Positions 29,853 through 39,541 of a DNA stretch of 64,000 nucleotides are shown in pieces. Location: positions 2,216 through 66,215 of the forward strand of contig JAJEAH010000042.1 of assembly GCA_022824225.1 (NCBI GenBank). The letters run 5' to 3'. The stretch's first letter is position 1. Each line of letters starts with the position of its first letter. The DNA comes from Chloroflexota bacterium (GTDB taxonomy: Bacteria; Chloroflexota; UBA11872; VXOZ01). Both the position numbers and the translations under genes were made by a program. The notes under the pieces were generated by a model. That model had not been told where the DNA came from and did not search any database. It saw only the letters and a program-made list of their open reading frames with translations.

Positions 29853-30650
29853 ATGGCCGTGGCGAGTCTGAAGGACCTGTTTGACGCAGGCGTGCATTTT
29901 GGGCATCCCACCAACCGGTGGAATCCCAAGATGAAGCCCTATATCTACATGGCGCGCAGCAAGATTCACATCATCAATCTGGAAAAGAGCGCAAGCGGAC
30001 TGCAGGAAGCGTGCGATTTTGCCCGCGACCTGGCGTACAGCAATCGCGAAATCCTGTTCGTCGGCACGAAGAAGCAGGCCCAGGACATCGTGGAACATGA
30101 GGCCGCCCGGGTGGGCATGCCCTTTGTCAACCAGCGGTGGCTGGGCGGCATGCTGACGAACTACGGCACCATCAGCCAGCGTCTTGCCAAGATGAAGTCC
30201 ATGGAATCCGAGCAGGCCAACGATGCCTGGAGCAACTTCTCGAAGAAAGAGATCGGTCGTTTGCAGGATCGCTTGGCAAAGCTCCAGCGGTTCTTCAACG
30301 GCATACGGGATATGCACCGCCTGCCCTCCGCCCTCTACGTTGTGGATACCGTGCGGGAGCACATTGCGGTTGCCGAGGCCCAGAAGCTCGGCATTCCCGT
30401 CATCGCGCTGCTGGACACGAATTGCGATCCCGACGACGTGGCATACTCTATCCCGGGCAACGATGACGCGATCAAGTCAATTCGCCTCATCACCCGCCTG
30501 ATTGCCGACGCCGTCGACAGCGGCCGGGCCCTGCGCGCCGCGGAAGCATCCGAGCAGGAAGCCGAAGAGGCAGCGGCAGCGGTGGCCGCCGATCCTGACG
30601 CGGAGGCCGCGGACGATACGGAAGAGGCGGCAAGTGGCGACGAGGCGTAA
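29853..30650 (+). CDS. rpsB: 30S ribosomal protein S2
   Basis: LFDAGVHFGH, KMKPYIY, IHIINL and FVNQRWLGGMLTN are textbook S2 motifs. A GAAGGGG Shine-Dalgarno sits 10 nt upstream. Confidence 0.95.
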   Translation: MAVASLKDLFDAGVHFGHPTNRWNPKMKPYIYMARSKIHIINLEKSASGLQEACDFARDLAYSNREILFVGTKKQAQDIVEHEAARVGMPFVNQRWLGGMLTNYGTISQRLAKMKSMESEQANDAWSNFSKKEIGRLQDRLAKLQRFFNGIRDMHRLPSALYVVDTVREHIAVAEAQKLGIPVIALLDTNCDPDDVAYSIPGNDDAIKSIRLITRLIADAVDSGRALRAAEASEQEAEEAAAAVAADPDAEAADDTEEAASGDEA

Positions 30651-30703
30651 GAGCGCCGGCACGAGCGAACATACACCACGCAGAGGGAGTTTTTAACAAC
30701 GCA

Positions 30704-31210
30704 ATGGCAACGGTGACGACCGCGGACATCAAGTCCCTGCGCGAGGCAACGGGCGCAGGCATCATGGATTGCAAGCGCGCGCTGGAAGAAGCCAACGGCG
30801 ACCACGCGGAGGCCAGGAAGCTGCTGGATGCCCAAGGATTGGCCAAGGCGGAAAAACGCGCTGGCAAAGAGGCGTCCCAGGGCTTGGTGCACTCCTACAT
30901 CCACGGCGATGGGCGCGTGGGCGTGTTGGTGGAGGTAAATTGCGAAACGGACTTCGTGGCGCGCACGGATGAATTTCAGCACCTGGTCCACGAAATCGCG
31001 CTGCACGTTGCCGGCATGGGCCCGGAATTCGTGAGCGAAGGGGACTTGCCGGAAGACTATGAGGGCAATCCGGCCGAGACGGTGCTCCTCTCCCAGCCAT
31101 TCGTGCGCGATCCGTCGCTGACGGTTGCCGATCTCGTGAAGCAGAGCATCGCCAAGACGGGCGAGAACATCGTCGTGCGGCGCTTCTGCCGCTACGAGCG
31201 CGGCCAGTAG
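30704..31210 (+). CDS. tsf: elongation factor Ts (short form)
   Basis: The N-terminal UBA-like IKSLREATGAGIMDCKRAL is the EF-Ts signature. Length is 168 aa. It sits in the conserved rpsB-tsf-pyrH-frr order. Confidence 0.9.
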   Translation: MATVTTADIKSLREATGAGIMDCKRALEEANGDHAEARKLLDAQGLAKAEKRAGKEASQGLVHSYIHGDGRVGVLVEVNCETDFVARTDEFQHLVHEIALHVAGMGPEFVSEGDLPEDYEGNPAETVLLSQPFVRDPSLTVADLVKQSIAKTGENIVVRRFCRYERGQ

Positions 31211-31291
31211 CGCGTGGGTGTTCCGGGTGTACGCTCCCCGCTAGGCGAGCGCCGGAAACGCCCACCGGTTCCGGGCGAGCAAAGAGGGTCC

Positions 31292-32038
31292 ATGGCTAAC
31301 TTACGCTACCGGCGCGTGCTGCTCAAAATCGGCGGCGAAGCCCTGATGGGCAGGGGAAAGGGCGAGTATGGCATAGATCTCGCGGTCGCGCGGGACATCG
31401 CCAAGCAGGTTGCGTCCGCCCGCCGGCTCGGCACCCAAATCGGGGTCGTTATCGGCGGCGGCAATATCTGGCGCGGCGAGTTGGCCGCCGGCCAGGGCAT
31501 GGACCGGGCCACCGCCGACTACATGGGCATGCTGGCCACCGTCATCAATGCCCTCGCATTGCAGGACGCCCTGGCGCGGGAAGGCCTGGACGCCCGGGTG
31601 CAAACGGCAATCGAAATGCGCGAGGTGGCGGAGCCGTACATTCGAGCGCGGGCCATCGACCATTTGGAGCACGACCGCGTGGTTATCTTCAGCGCCGGTA
31701 CGGGCAATCCGTTTTTCACTACCGACACGGCGGGGGCCCTGCGCGCCATGGAGATCAATGCGGAAGTGCTCATCAAGGCCACCAAGGTGGACGGCGCGTA
31801 CGAAAGCGATCCCGTCCACAATCCGGCCGCCAGGAAATTCGATCGCCTCACCTACCTCGACGCCCTCAATATGGGCCTGAAAGTGATGGATAGCACGGCA
31901 ATCTCGCTCTGCATGGAAAACAGCCTCCCCATCGCAGTCTTCAAGCTGGAAAACCCCGGCGCCCTGGAGAAACTGTTGCAAGGGGAGCCGGTAGGCACGC
32001 TGATAGGAGATAGGGACGATGCTGGAGCAGATTCTTGA
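31292..32038 (+). CDS. pyrH: UMP kinase
   Basis: [21 protein letters not shown] and [20 protein letters not shown] match the UMP kinase signature. Start chosen at [12 protein letters not shown]. Confidence 0.9.
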   Translation: MANLRYRRVLLKIGGEALMGRGKGEYGIDLAVARDIAKQVASARRLGTQIGVVIGGGNIWRGELAAGQGMDRATADYMGMLATVINALALQDALAREGLDARVQTAIEMREVAEPYIRARAIDHLEHDRVVIFSAGTGNPFFTTDTAGALRAMEINAEVLIKATKVDGAYESDPVHNPAARKFDRLTYLDALNMGLKVMDSTAISLCMENSLPIAVFKLENPGALEKLLQGEPVGTLIGDRDDAGADS

Positions 32039-32576
32039 GGAAGCGGAACTCGCCATGGGCCTCGCCGTCGAGGCGTTGGAACGCGACATCGCCCGCATCC
32101 GTACGGGCCGGGCGTCTACGGCCCTGGTAGAGGACATTGCCGTCGAATACTACGGCACGGAACTGCCCCTGAACCAAGTGTCCACCATCATCGTGCCGGA
32201 GCCGCGCCTCATCGTCATCCAGCCCTGGGACAAGCAGGCGATTCCCGCCATCGAGCGCGCTATCCTCAAGTCGGAACTCGGCATTACCCCAAACAACGAC
32301 GGCACCGTGATCCGTATCGCGCTGCCGCAACCCACGGCGGAACGACGCCAGGAACTGGCCAAACTGGTCCGGCAGCGCGCTGAAGAAGCCCGCGTCGCCA
32401 TCCGCAACAGTCGCCGGACGGCGCAAGAAGCGCTGCGCAAGCTACAGAAGGGCAGCAGCGTCTCCGAGGATGACATCCGGCGGGCCCAGGGCGATGCGCA
32501 AAAGCTCACCGACGGTGAAATCGAGCGGGTCGATGCCCTACTCGCCGATAAAGAGCAGGAGATTCTGACCATCTAA
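32019..32576 (+). CDS. frr: ribosome recycling factor
   Basis: 185 aa. [25 protein letters not shown] and DDIRRAQ are typical RRF motifs. It overlaps the pyrH stop by 20 nt. Confidence 0.95.
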   Translation: MLEQILEEAELAMGLAVEALERDIARIRTGRASTALVEDIAVEYYGTELPLNQVSTIIVPEPRLIVIQPWDKQAIPAIERAILKSELGITPNNDGTVIRIALPQPTAERRQELAKLVRQRAEEARVAIRNSRRTAQEALRKLQKGSSVSEDDIRRAQGDAQKLTDGEIERVDALLADKEQEILTI

Positions 32577-32578
32577 CG

Positions 32579-33469
32579 ATGGAGCCCACCAGCCCGAAAA
32601 CGCTCGCAGCGTCCGGTAATACGGCGCACGAAGCGGCGCACGAAGCGGCGCATGAGGCGGCGCAGGTCTTTCCCCCGCTGCCGGTCACACCCGTGCACGT
32701 CGCCATCGTGATGGACGGCAACGGCCGCTGGGCGGCGCAGCGCGGACTCCCCCGTTTGGAAGGCCACCGGGCCGGCGCCCAGTGCGTGCGAGAGGTCGCT
32801 GAGGCCGCCATTGATTTTGGGGTGGAGCTTCTCACACTCTACGCGTTTTCTACGGAAAACTGGACGCGACCGGAAGAGGAAGTCGGCGGTCTCATGACGC
32901 TGCTGGAAGAGACGATTGCCCGCGAACAGGACGCCATCGTGGAGAACCGGATCCGGGTGCGCTCCATCGGCCGGCGCGACGCGGTGCCGTCCACTCTGCA
33001 AGCTGCCATCGACCATCTGCAAGAAGCCACACAGGACAACGACCGCCTGACCATAAATTTTGCTTTCAACTACGGGGGGCGCGGCGAAATTGTGGACGCG
33101 GTGCGCGAAATCGTGGCCGCCGGCGTGCCCGCTGCCCAAATAACGGAAAAGACCATCGCGCAGCATCTCTACACCCGCGGCCTCCCGGACCCCGACCTGG
33201 TGATTCGCACGGCCGGCGAAATGCGGCTTTCCAATTTCCTGCTGTGGCAAGCCGCCTACGCCGAATACTACGCCGCGCAAGTCTACTGGCCGGACTTTGG
33301 GCGCAAGGAACTCTACGAGGCCTTGAGCAACTACAGCCGCCGCGAGCGCAAGTTTGGCGGCCTCTCCCCAGGCGGCGATCCCGCCGCAGGCGACAGCCCT
33401 GCCCTTGGCGGCGATCCCGCCCCTGGCGAAAGTCTCGACGCCGGTCGCAATGGCGCAGCGAAACGCTAA
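32579..33469 (+). CDS. uppS: undecaprenyl diphosphate synthase (di-trans,poly-cis-decaprenylcistransferase) with Pro/Gly-rich C-terminal tail
   Basis: HVAIVMDGNGRWA, LTLYAFSTENW and RTAGEMRLSNFLLWQAAYAE are UppS signatures. There is a low-complexity PGGDPAAGD C-terminal extension. Confidence 0.9.
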   Translation: MEPTSPKTLAASGNTAHEAAHEAAHEAAQVFPPLPVTPVHVAIVMDGNGRWAAQRGLPRLEGHRAGAQCVREVAEAAIDFGVELLTLYAFSTENWTRPEEEVGGLMTLLEETIAREQDAIVENRIRVRSIGRRDAVPSTLQAAIDHLQEATQDNDRLTINFAFNYGGRGEIVDAVREIVAAGVPAAQITEKTIAQHLYTRGLPDPDLVIRTAGEMRLSNFLLWQAAYAEYYAAQVYWPDFGRKELYEALSNYSRRERKFGGLSPGGDPAAGDSPALGGDPAPGESLDAGRNGAAKR

Positions 33470-34355
33470 GGGCGGCAACCCGCCCGCCGCCGCTCGCTTC
33501 CGCTGGCAGGACCTCACCGCCCGCGCGCTCTCGTCCGTCGTCTACGCGCCGTTGTTGCTCGCCCTGGCCTACTTCGGCAATCCGTGGCTGCTGATCGGCT
33601 TGGTGGTGTGTGGCGGCCTGGCCCTCTGGGAGTATTTCCATCTGGCGCAGCGCATGGGGCAGTCCGTGCCTCGCGTCACCACCGCCGCGCTGGCGCTCGG
33701 CTTCTTTCTCTGGCCGTATAGCCTGATTTGGGCGGGCTATGCGGAACTGGTGATTCTGCCGCCCCTGCTTTTCACGGCAATTGTGATCGTCTCGCTGTGC
33801 GTGTTGCTGTTGCCCCGTTCGCTGGAGCACAGCCGGTCTTTCACCGGTTGGGGGCTGGCGGTGGCGGGCGCGGTCTATATCGGCTGGCTGCTCGGCCATG
33901 CCGTCGCGCTGCGGGACTACATTTACATCAGCGGCGAATTGTGGCTCATCTTCGCGCTGGTCGTGACCTGGGCGTATGATACCGGCGCGTATCTGGTGGG
34001 GCGGAGCATGGGCCGCCGCCGCATCTTCCAACATCTGAGCGCAGGCAAGACGCTGGAAGGCACACTGGGCGGGGCCTTCATTGCCGTCATGGCGGCAGCC
34101 CTCTATGCCCAGTTTTCGCCGTTTCCCCTCAATCCCCTGCTGGCCGGCGCCGTCGGACTCGGCGGGGCCGTGTTCGCGCAGCTTGGCGATCTGGTGGAAT
34201 CGCTCCTCAAGCGCGGCGCGGACGTGAAAGAGTCCGGGACCCTCATCCCCGGCCACGGCGGCGTGCTGGACCGCATCGACAGCCTGCTCTTCACCGGACC
34301 CTACATGCTCTACGTCGCCCTCATCTGGGCCAGCCTGCAACTTGCCGAGCTTTAA
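33450..34355 (+). CDS. cdsA: phosphatidate cytidylyltransferase
   Basis: The C-terminal signature is GDLVESLLKRGADVKESGTLIPGHGGVLDRIDS. Start chosen at MAQRNAKG, overlapping the uppS end. Confidence 0.85.
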   Translation: MAQRNAKGGNPPAAARFRWQDLTARALSSVVYAPLLLALAYFGNPWLLIGLVVCGGLALWEYFHLAQRMGQSVPRVTTAALALGFFLWPYSLIWAGYAELVILPPLLFTAIVIVSLCVLLLPRSLEHSRSFTGWGLAVAGAVYIGWLLGHAVALRDYIYISGELWLIFALVVTWAYDTGAYLVGRSMGRRRIFQHLSAGKTLEGTLGGAFIAVMAAALYAQFSPFPLNPLLAGAVGLGGAVFAQLGDLVESLLKRGADVKESGTLIPGHGGVLDRIDSLLFTGPYMLYVALIWASLQLAEL

Positions 34356-34584
34356 CGCCGCCGTACTCCCCCCAGGCGCGCGACCTGTCTCTGCCCCCGG
34401 CGCCGTCTTTGGGCGGTTGCATGAAAACCGCCCCCCGCGGGACAGCGCACAAACGCCCGCGCCGGGCCTGCCGGCAGGCAAGCGAATGGTCACGGAAGAC
34501 GATAGCCGCGCCGCCGGCCAGCGCCGCGGCGCGGTGGCTGCCCGGCAGCGGTCACACCGTGGACGGCGGCATGGGTTCATTCGC

Positions 34585-34665
34585 GGCAAAGAGCGGGGGA
34601 CAAGCCCCCGCGCTACAGCGGACAGACAGTGCATAAGAGCGGGGGCTTGTCCCCCGCCTCTTGGC
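34585..34665. repeat. two B-type hairpin units in inverted orientation
   Basis: AGCGGGGGACAAGCCCCCGCGCTACAG and AGCGGGGGCTTGTCCCCCGCC. It overlaps a short anonymous ORF. Confidence 0.7.
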
Positions 34666-34805
34666 GCTAGGAGCGAACACCGTCTCGGATGGGGTAGGCC
34701 GTATCGTCCCTATCACAGGCTGCGTTGGCCTCGGCGCGAGCCGACCAAGCGCGGCGGCGGACTTGAGATGAACATGGGGCTACAAGGGATGAGATTCGCG
34801 CTTTT

Positions 34806-35216
34806 CTAACGCAAGAAACGGAGAAACCGCGCGGCGCGGGCGACTTTGCGACCTAGCTGAATAGAGCGATCGAAGTCTTCCTTGATGGTAGGGTCGCTAT
34901 CGTACTGTTCCTTAACGTCCTTGACAAGCGTGGAGCCACCGGCCTTCAGCGCGCGAAAGAGCTTGGACCCCGCGATGGGCTTCGGCACCGGGAGAGGCGC
35001 TCTTTGCGCCCGCTTGACGTCGTAGGCGGCGCGGTAGGCGGGATTGGCGAGTACCTCATATGCTTCGGCGAGCAGGCGCACACCCGCCGCGACGTCGGCG
35101 GCATCGTTATCCGGCGCCGCCGCCTGCGCGGCCGCGAGCGTGCGGCGAAACGCCGCTTCGATTTCCTCGGCTTCGGCATCTTCCGAGACACCGAGCACGT
35201 CATAGTAACTTTGCAT
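34806..35216 (-). CDS. J-domain-like protein lacking the HPD motif
   Basis: YYDVLGV...AYEVLANPAYRAAYD fits J-domain helices II/III, but the HPD tripeptide position reads APD. Confidence 0.5.
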   Translation of the reverse strand: MQSYYDVLGVSEDAEAEEIEAAFRRTLAAAQAAAPDNDAADVAAGVRLLAEAYEVLANPAYRAAYDVKRAQRAPLPVPKPIAGSKLFRALKAGGSTLVKDVKEQYDSDPTIKEDFDRSIQLGRKVARAARFLRFLR

Positions 35217-35284
35217 GGCAAGAATACTCGTTGTCTATCGCTCGCTAGTCCAGGAACGGGAATTCAGTATCGTCACAGCTCTGG

Positions 35285-35400
35285 CGGCAGCCAGCGCAGG
35301 GTCCGTCATTCCGGCGAAATGCCTGCCCCGTACTTGATACGGGGCAGGAATCCATCTTCGCCCGGCTCCTAGACTCCGGCTTTCGCCGGAGTGACGGCCA
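35285..35400. repeat. REP-like hairpin cluster (CCTGCCCCGTA-N5-TACGGGGCAGG plus GGACTCCGGCTTTCGCCGGAGTGAC variant)
   Basis: Read directly; related variants occur at 39700-39780 and 63640-63690. Confidence 0.7.
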
Positions 35401-35555
35401 GAAGCCCTTTTTCCCTAACGCCGCACGTTCGGTTGTGTAGCAAGGCCATCGGCGCCTACTATCGGCGTACTCCCAGGCGCGTACCGCGACCGAACTCCCA
35501 CACCTGCCACCATCGCACGCCCAACTGTAGCTGATGGGCGCGCAGTGTCCCCCAG

Positions 35556-36197
35556 CTACGGTGCGGCCTCTTCCGAGACCTTCACCTCACGTGAATCCGG
35601 CGGTTTTCCCGTTCGGGTCAAGAGCTTGATGACGAAGAAGCCGCCGATGAGCAGCACCATGAAGACGATGAACAATATGTCGAGATACTCATCGATGAAG
35701 GCCGCGATGGGTTCGCCAAACAGGGCAATGAGCAGGCCGACGGCAAAGAAGCGCGCGCCGCGTCCCAGCAGCGACGCCAGCATGAAGCGGCCAAAGTGCA
35801 GCCGGAACATGCCCGCCGTTACGGTAAAGACCTTATAGGGAATGGGCGTGAGCGCGGCAATGAGGATCGCCCACACGTCGTAGCGCTGGTATTTCTGCTC
35901 GACGAAGGTTATCTTCTGCTGGGAGAACAGCCGGTCCACCACCGGACGGCCGCCCCACATGCCGATCACGTAGCCGATGCTTGCGCCCACCAGCGAACCG
36001 GCCAGGCAGACGGCGGCAAAGACCAGGGCAAAGCTCGGCTTGCCCACGCCCAGCGCAATGAGGAGGGGATCCGGCGGCACCGGAAAGATGATCGACTCCG
36101 CCGCCGAAAGCGCAAAGAGCGCCAACCCGCCGAACGGCGACTCCGCCCAGGCGAGCACCCAGTCAACAAGGTCGTGGAGAAGGTCCATCGGGTTCAT
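35556..36197 (-). CDS. DedA/YqaA (SNARE-associated) family membrane protein
   Basis: 213 aa with multiple TM helices. FPVPPDPLLIALG resembles the DedA-family re-entrant loop motif. Confidence 0.7.
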   Translation of the reverse strand: MNPMDLLHDLVDWVLAWAESPFGGLALFALSAAESIIFPVPPDPLLIALGVGKPSFALVFAAVCLAGSLVGASIGYVIGMWGGRPVVDRLFSQQKITFVEQKYQRYDVWAILIAALTPIPYKVFTVTAGMFRLHFGRFMLASLLGRGARFFAVGLLIALFGEPIAAFIDEYLDILFIVFMVLLIGGFFVIKLLTRTGKPPDSREVKVSEEAAP

Positions 36198-36223
36198 GGG
36201 GGTCTCTAAACTTTCAGATACGT

Positions 36224-36637
36224 CTATAGGTGGTGGATTTCAACGTCGTCCCAGTGCCGCTGGAAGTACTCGGCCACCAGCCGCCGGTGACAGTAGTTGG
36301 GTTCATGCTCGCTGCAGAGCAGGCAACTGTTGGCGATGGTTGCCGGCAAGCGCTTGGCGATGCGTCTTCCCTCGGTGGGTTGCAAACCCTCTTCGAGTAT
36401 GCGCCGCGCTTGCAACAGCGCGAGAAACTCGCGTTCATAGGTCTCCCAGTCAATGCTGCCGTCGCGGTAGCCGTCCAGCAGCGCTTTCGTGGGCGCGAGG
36501 TCCGGCGCGTGGATGTACCGCATCCGGCAAACCCTCCGTAGAAGATACGGCAAGTCGTCGCCGTGCGCAAAGCGCGCCAGTTGTGAAGTGTTTTTCAGCC
36601 GCACGTCCACCAGCCGTTGCGCGCCGGAAGCGCGCAA
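36224..36637 (-). CDS. DUF488 family protein (N-terminus unresolved; overlaps the upstream DUF488 gene)
   Basis: CSEHEPNYCHRRL is the DUF488 C-terminal motif. The in-frame codons upstream of the nominal TTG start encode LYTIGFTKKTAATFFDLL, which is the DUF488 N-terminal motif, but no ATG/GTG/TTG start exists before the preceding stop. Confidence 0.5.
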   Translation of the reverse strand: MRASGAQRLVDVRLKNTSQLARFAHGDDLPYLLRRVCRMRYIHAPDLAPTKALLDGYRDGSIDWETYEREFLALLQARRILEEGLQPTEGRRIAKRLPATIANSCLLCSEHEPNYCHRRLVAEYFQRHWDDVEIHHL

Positions 36638-36690
36638 TAGATCGAAGAACGTCGCGGCCGTCTTCTTGGTGAAGCCGATGGTGTAGAGTC

Positions 36691-37392
36691 TCAGGGCGCA
36701 CGCTCCCCAGCGCCGCCGCCCGCGGCCGGATCGCGCCAGCGCGCGCCCACGCGCTGCGCCCGGCGGGATACGGCGTCCGCGATCACTTCCTGGCGGGAGC
36801 GGAAGAGGTCGCCGTGATGAGGCAGTTTGAATTCATCCAACAGCCGGTTGAGGGCGTCGTCGTGGTTCTCCAAGCTGCCGTCGGCGTGGATATGCGCCAC
36901 GGATACTCCCTGCTTTGCCAGCGTCTGGGCGATCAAGAGCGTGCGGTGGCAGTCCAGCGGCTCCTTCTCGCTGCACATTAGAGCCAGGCGGCGCACCACA
37001 GGAGCATCCGTTTGTCCCCGCATCACGTGCGGGGCAGGCTCTGAGCCTGTCGAAGGATGAACGGATGCGGCATCCAGCACAAATTCAATGCCGTGCTTGA
37101 ACGCAGCGGTTGCCGCCAGCTTGCCATAGGCAACGCGCCCGTCGGCGTCGTAGAGACCGCGGTCAGCCGGTTGTCCGCCCAGTTCCTTGCCCCGAAACGT
37201 ATAGCCGATGCCGGCTTCCTGCAGCGCATCGGCCAGGACTTCCTTATTGAAGTGAGGCATGTACCGGCTATAGGGGGCCGAACGGACATCCACCACCGCG
37301 GCCACGCCGTGGGCCCGCAGCAGCGCCAAGAACGCGGCGGGTTCGTGATTGGAATGTCCGATAGTAAACACCGGGTTTTGTTCTACGGTCAC
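36691..37392 (-). CDS. DUF488 family protein
   Basis: 233 aa. VFTIGHSNH, VVDVRSAPYS and CSEKEPLDCHR are DUF488 hallmarks. Confidence 0.65.
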   Translation of the reverse strand: MTVEQNPVFTIGHSNHEPAAFLALLRAHGVAAVVDVRSAPYSRYMPHFNKEVLADALQEAGIGYTFRGKELGGQPADRGLYDADGRVAYGKLAATAAFKHGIEFVLDAASVHPSTGSEPAPHVMRGQTDAPVVRRLALMCSEKEPLDCHRTLLIAQTLAKQGVSVAHIHADGSLENHDDALNRLLDEFKLPHHGDLFRSRQEVIADAVSRRAQRVGARWRDPAAGGGAGERAP

Positions 37393-37509
37393 GTTTAAGT
37401 ACTCCTGGTAAGCCCGCCGGCCGGCAGCCGCTCCGCCGGGGCCGAGGCAGGCGTCTGCCCAGACGAGCGTCCCGGGCCGCCTGCCGGCACGTGCGCTCGC
37501 CTTAGCGAG

Positions 37510-38271
37510 CTAGAGCTCGATGATGGCGGCGATGAGTTTGTAGGCATAACCCTGATATGGCTCGCCCAAGCTTACGGTGAGATAGCACGGACCCAGCGTG
37601 TACGTATTATTGGGCCGGTTGAGGTATGTTTCTTCGTATTCCGGCGCTGTCACCCAGAGGCGGTAGGCCGCGCCGGCATGCCAGAAGCGACCTTTGATGC
37701 GCCGCCGGAAGTCGCCCTGCGCCGCTCTTGGCTGGATGACGTCGAGCTCCAGGGCGTCAACCCGCGCCAGCCGCAGCGAACTACGCGGCGATTGGACGTT
37801 TCGCGGTGACTGCGCGCCCCGCGACGATTGCGCGCCCCGCGACGATTGCGGGTACGCCACGGGCAGCCTGTCGTTCTGCCCGTGGTGCGTACTGAAACCG
37901 TCTATCCACAGCGGCCCCGCCGGGTCCGCCAGGCGGTCGAGGACTTCCGGCCGCAGCCGATCTACCAGCCGCCAGCGACGCTCCGGGTCCAGTAACCAAT
38001 TCTCCTGTTGGTGTCCTTGCGGCCGCGCCCGGCGCAACGGCACGTCCAGCACGTCGAGCACGCGCGGCTCAGCGCCATCCGGCGAACCGGCAGCGCCAGC
38101 GGCGTACTGCCGCTCGCGCGCGTTGACGGCCGCGTCCGCCCGATCGCTCACGGGCCGCACCCAGCCGCCGGGCCGTCCGTCCGCCATCAGTTCCTTGCCC
38201 GCGATGCAACGACCGCCATCCTTGCGTGAATTGGCAAGGCACACGATGCGCTTAACGCCGCCGTCGGCCAT
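37510..38271 (-). CDS. hypothetical protein, RIVCLANSRK-motif family, paralog A
   Basis: N-terminal KRIVCLANSRKDGGRCIAGKE and C-terminal YTLGPCYLTVSLGEPYQGYAYKLIAAIIEL are shared with the adjacent paralog. It carries an internal SSRGAQSSRGAQ tandem from a duplicated 18-bp unit. Start chosen at MADGGVKRIV. Confidence 0.5.
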   Translation of the reverse strand: MADGGVKRIVCLANSRKDGGRCIAGKELMADGRPGGWVRPVSDRADAAVNARERQYAAGAAGSPDGAEPRVLDVLDVPLRRARPQGHQQENWLLDPERRWRLVDRLRPEVLDRLADPAGPLWIDGFSTHHGQNDRLPVAYPQSSRGAQSSRGAQSPRNVQSPRSSLRLARVDALELDVIQPRAAQGDFRRRIKGRFWHAGAAYRLWVTAPEYEETYLNRPNNTYTLGPCYLTVSLGEPYQGYAYKLIAAIIEL

Positions 38272-38309
38272 GGGAATGCTTCGCCTCACGGTGCGCACGC
38301 CCAAGCACG

Positions 38310-39035
38310 TTAGCCGCCAAACAACGACGGTTGCTCCACGCCGGCGGTCAATTCCGCGATGGTCGTCTTGTCCGCCAGGGCAATGATCGCCGCGACAAGC
38401 TTGTAGGTATAGCCCCGATAGGACTCACCGAGGCTCACGGTAAGGAAGCACTCACCAAGCGGATACGTGCCGTTGGGCTTGGAATGGTACGCTCGCTCGT
38501 ATGCGGGGTCCGTTATGCTCAGCCAGTACTCCACCTCATCATACCGGAATCGACCTGCCAGTTTTCCTCTCGTGACTGATAATTCCAACCAGGCTACGTG
38601 AATGAAACGCAAGGAACTGACGAGGTCCGCGGCGAGTCTCTGGGGGATGCGGTCGTTTCTGCCGCTGCCACTGCTGTAGCCATTGACCCAGAGCGGCGCT
38701 CCGTCATCGACCAGAGAGTTGAGCTCCGGGCTTTCGAGGCGGCCTATCTTCAGCCAGAAGCAGCTTGTGTCCAGCAGCCAGTTTTCCCGCTGGTAGCTTT
38801 CAGGTTGCGGCTCAAGTACGGGGACGACTATGACGTCCAGCAACTGCGGTTCGCTGCGGTCCCGGTATTGCCGCTCGTAGTCGTTCAGTTCGCCGGTCGG
38901 CCGCTCGCTTACCGGCCGTACCCATACCCCGGGATCACTGGCGGCCGCGATCTCTTTGCCGGCGATGCATCGCCCACCATACTTGCGCGAGTTTGCCAGG
39001 CAGACGATACGCTTGCGGTTAGGGTTTGCCGCCAT
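38310..39035 (-). CDS. hypothetical protein, RIVCLANSRK-motif family, paralog B
   Basis: 241 aa. RKRIVCLANSRKYGGRCIAGKE ... YPLGECFLTVSLGESYRGYTYKLVAAIIAL. No family recognised. Confidence 0.5.
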   Translation of the reverse strand: MAANPNRKRIVCLANSRKYGGRCIAGKEIAAASDPGVWVRPVSERPTGELNDYERQYRDRSEPQLLDVIVVPVLEPQPESYQRENWLLDTSCFWLKIGRLESPELNSLVDDGAPLWVNGYSSGSGRNDRIPQRLAADLVSSLRFIHVAWLELSVTRGKLAGRFRYDEVEYWLSITDPAYERAYHSKPNGTYPLGECFLTVSLGESYRGYTYKLVAAIIALADKTTIAELTAGVEQPSLFGG

Positions 39036-39205
39036 TGTTCGGCTTCGGCAGGTGGTCTAGGGGTGAGAACGTGCCGGGGATAGCACACGACGAAAAGCCC
39101 CAAAGGGCTTCACCGCCCGGCGCCGCGAAAAGGGCAGTCTGGCGTTGGGGTTACGCACGCACCATGCCCTGTATTCCTGTCGGCCAACGGCATGGGCTCG
39201 CCGGG

Positions 39206-39541
39206 CTAATACGTCGCGGGTGCGTAGACGTTGAACGTGCGCAGCGGTTCGTCGCCGGTGCAGCGGAGTTCGTGGGGGTCGCCGGCGGGGATGATGAGCA
39301 CGTCGCCGGGGGCCAGGGGGGCGGTCCGGTCGCGGACGGTGGCCTCGCCGTGGCCGGAGACGACGTAGACCACTTGGTCGGACTCAGGATGGTCGCTGGC
39401 GTGGAGGCCGCCGGTCTTCTCGCCGGGCCCCAGCACCAAGATGCCGACCTGGCTCTTTGGGGTGCCGGCAACGATGCGAAAGAGCGAATCTTGATCCAAA
39501 ACCGGCGCGACGTTTACTATCTCCATGGCCGTACCTCTCAA
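39206..39541 (-). CDS. cupin-domain protein
   Basis: 111 aa. GxHxH...E...PxG...H-type cupin motifs (GGLHASDHPESDQVVYVVSGHG, IPAGDPHEL). Confidence 0.6.
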   Translation of the reverse strand: MRGTAMEIVNVAPVLDQDSLFRIVAGTPKSQVGILVLGPGEKTGGLHASDHPESDQVVYVVSGHGEATVRDRTAPLAPGDVLIIPAGDPHELRCTGDEPLRTFNVYAPATY

